Shown here piece by piece: positions 61,733 to 64,000 of a stretch of 64,000 nucleotides of DNA (positions are counted from its first letter, which is position 1; every line of letters starts with the position of its first letter). The notes beneath the pieces were generated by a model that was not told the DNA's origin, did no database searches, and saw only the letters and a list, made by a program, of their open reading frames with translations. The stretch spans positions 1,152,001 through 1,216,000 of the forward strand of contig CAVTTN010000002.1 of assembly GCA_963737655.1 (NCBI GenBank), written 5' to 3'. Origin of the DNA: an uncultured Planctomycetota bacterium (GTDB lineage: Bacteria; Planctomycetota; Planctomycetia; Isosphaerales; Isosphaeraceae). The position numbers and the translations under genes were made by a program.

Positions 61733-62098
61733 GGTGCATGAAATGCACCAAACATGAGCACGCGGCGGCCACCGGCCGCCCACCCCGTCCTCCGGGAGTC
61801 TCCCTCCCGAGGTCCCATGGCAATCGAAGCGGAAGGCGGCCGGTGGCCGCCGCGTGCTCATGTTTGGTGCATTTCATGCACCCTACGTCACATCAACACC
61901 GGAGACCGACGACCTCGCCGAGTGACTGAGGACCCTGTAGGGTGCATGAAATGCACCAAACATGAACACGCGGCGGCCACCGGCCGCCCACCCCGTCCTC
62001 CGGGAGTCTCCCTCCCGAGGTCCCGTCGCAATCGAAGCGGAAGGCGGCCGAGGGCCGCCGCGTGCTCATGTTTGGTGCATTTCATGCACCCTACGTCA
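61690..62098. repeat. 208-bp-period tandem duplication containing two 158-bp REPIN-like elements (61729-61886, 61937-62094)
   Basis: Near-identical copies bounded by GTAGGGTGCATGAAATGCACC and GGTGCATTTCATGCACCCTAC; the preceding ~40 bp are also duplicated with mismatches. Confidence 0.92.
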
Positions 62099-62606
62099 AC
62101 TTCACCGCCGCTTGGGGAAAACGTGTTCCCTGTGAACACTCGTCCACAGGATGGCCGCCGACCGGCACCGCCCGGGTCATCGGGCGGCCCGTTTCGCATT
62201 CCATGGACAATCACTTGACGAAACCGCCTGGGCGTTAACTTGACTACACTTTTTCGCCGAAAACGCCGGAAACCGCGGAAAAACCGCCATTTGCTGCGCA
62301 ACGACTCGTGCGCACACAATCCACCACAACGTTTCATTCGAAAATCCGTCGGACCGAACCACCGGACAACACGGGACTTGAGGCGAGGCGGCGGATCGGG
62401 CCATCGGCCCGAAAAACGTCGTCGGGGCGGTCACTTCGTGCGCGCCGGCCGGGTGCCCGTGTGACACTGGGTTGTCACGGTCCCGCGACCCGTCCCGGGC
62501 GATCTCGAAGAAAAGGTGATCGCCGACGGGGCCCGGCCTCGATGGTTCCGGTCGTGGGCCTCGCTCGTGGCCGAGGCCGTCGCCGATCGTCCCGGCCGCC
62601 GGTGTT

Positions 62607-63726
62607 TCATGCGTTCACAATCATCCGAGAATTCCACCGATCCCGCCGCGCCTCCAGCCTCGCCTCGCAGGAATCCGGCGACGCCCCCCGGGCCAGGACC
62701 GTCAGGACCGGCTCGCCCGCCTCGAAGGTCGATCCCTCCGGCGGGAGGTCCGCCCGAGGGGGCAGGGCCATCGTGCCGATCCCTCGGAATCGCGTGCGAT
62801 CCGAGGGCGGGAGGCGGCTGCGGCCCGGGGCGAACAGGATCGACTTGCCCACGATCGAGGGCCTCCGACCCGGCCCGGCCGAGGCCGGCGCCGACGGGTC
62901 GAACGCCCGGCGATGCTCGGCCAGGAACGCCCGGCCCGAGGCCAGCTCCAGCACTTCCACCGACGCCGAGTACCTCGGGTTGACCTCCACCGGGGCCGCG
63001 CGATCGCCCCTCAGGAGGAAATCGACCCCGAACAGGCCGACCAGGCCGATCCGTCCCGCCAGGACCTCGCCGATGGCCCGCAAGTCGTCCCGGGCCGGGC
63101 CGGGGACGTCGATCGGCCCGAGGCTGCCCCGATAGGCGAACGGGTTGCCGGGCTTGCCCAGGAGCTGGCGGGTCACGCCGAGAAGCTCGGCCGAGCCGGC
63201 CCGGCCTACGAACACGGCGGCGAGGCTCGGCCCGTCGATGCGTTCCTGGAAATACCAGGGGCGATCGGCCCTCGCCGAACCGAGCCAGGGCGCGATCTTC
63301 CGCCCCCCGGCCGAGCCTCACGGGCTTGATGAGCCAGGAGCCGTCGGTGGGCAGGCCGTCGGGGGAGACGCGGGCCTCGGGCGCCGGAATCCCTTCGGCT
63401 CGAAGGATTTCGGACAGGCCCACCGGGTCGCGGACCACGCGCAACGCCAGTCCCGAGACGCCCCAGAGGGGCCGGGTCGCGGCCAGGCGGTCGATCAGGT
63501 CGGGGCGGTTCTCCAGGGCCCCGGTATACATCCACGGGCCGGGCGGCAGGGCGGAGGCGAGGGCCTCGAAGCCGTCGGGATACGTCGATCCGTCGATCCG
63601 AACCGTCGGCGCCACGGCCAGGAGGTCGCGGTCGGCGAACAGGTCGATGGCCGAGGGCTTCAGCCCGGCGCGGAGGGCGGAATGGGCGGCGCTTCGGGCG
63701 CTGGCGCCGAGGATCAGGAGGTCCAT
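62607..63726 (-). CDS. ATP-grasp protein (COG2232-like, type found in H4MPT/methanofuran C1 clusters); apparent frameshift at ~63315
   Basis: LGASARSAAHSALRAG..IDLFADRDL, YTGALEN, LIKP..SAGG, QERIDG, GLFGVDF, EVNPRYSAS.E. Confidence 0.85.
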
Positions 63727-63821
63727 CGGCGGTTTCCGGGGATTGCGCGGAGCCGGGGCCTTCGCTCTCGATGGTCCCTCTTGTCGGCCGTCGAAAGATC
63801 GGCCCGGCCGCCGGGGGGCAG

Positions 63822-63886
63822 GCCCACGAAGCCGTGGGCATGTCCGTTGCGCAAGCCATGCCCACGAAGCCGTGGGTATGCCAACC
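63822..63886. repeat. Degenerate GGTGGCATGC-family element (two hairpins)
   Basis: GCCCACGAAGCCGTGGGCATG ... CATGCCCACGAAGCCGTGGGTATGCCAACC. Confidence 0.65.
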
Positions 63887-63921
63887 GGCGACCGGGCCCG
63901 ATCTCGGACGATGGACGGGGA

Positions 63922-64000
63922 TTACTTCTTGACGACCTCGATCTTGGTCGGCTCGATCATCATCTTGCCGTCCTTCTCGGAGGTGGTGCCGGTGACCTTG
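63922..64000 (-). CDS. C-terminal fragment of a protein entering from beyond the window
   Basis: KVTGTTSEKDGKMMIEPTKIEVVKK-stop with strong codon bias. Confidence 0.7.
   Translation of the reverse strand, partial: KVTGTTSEKDGKMMIEPTKIEVVKK

Noticed and set aside
61729..62094. Possible CRISPR array
   Set aside because: Units are inverted doublets, the intervening sequence is repeated rather than unique, and no cas genes are present.
61754..62337. ORFs containing CMKC / CISC motifs (also near 21900 and 49880-50030)
   Set aside because: These are translations of the REP unit GGGTGCATGAAATGCACC, not metal-binding proteins.
62330..62345. parS-like CGTTTCATTCGAAAAT
   Set aside because: Only about 10 of 16 positions match TGTTTCACGTGAAACA, and the symmetry is poor.

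Overview
A GC-rich (roughly 70% by eye) chromosomal segment from a planctomycete, most likely Isosphaeraceae. This rests on a DUF1559 prepilin-like gene, a PVC-type heme-binding protein, planctomycete extracellular leader motifs, an ECF sigma plus Ser/Thr kinase pair, and the H4MPT genes fae/mtd. About 50 CDSs are supported. They include housekeeping genes (type IIA topoisomerase A and B subunits, folD, arfB, argS, rsfS, tyrS, lpxL-like), a split ebo-like inositol/prenyltransferase cluster, C1-transfer genes, secreted hydrolases and an osmoprotectant ABC transporter. About 13 genes/junctions carry single small indels, mostly in G/C runs; these look like long-read errors rather than pseudogenes. 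No tRNA, rRNA, CRISPR array or transposase was recognised. Most interesting: (1) a lower-GC island at 52.6-55.1 kb with a TIR/nucleoside-deoxyribosyltransferase-like gene and a translationally coupled pair (unknown multidomain protein plus small ADP-ribosyltransferase-like protein), a candidate uncharacterised toxin-antitoxin/defence system; (2) a ParB/Srx-like plus tandem YihD-like gene pair inserted in the ebo operon; (3) an intact EboF-like phosphatase that has lost its catalytic residues; (4) covarying GTAG/GTCG REP-like hairpins that supply gene stop codons; (5) a secreted 13-aa-repeat protein behind a sigma54-type site. All family calls come from motif recognition, not database searches.
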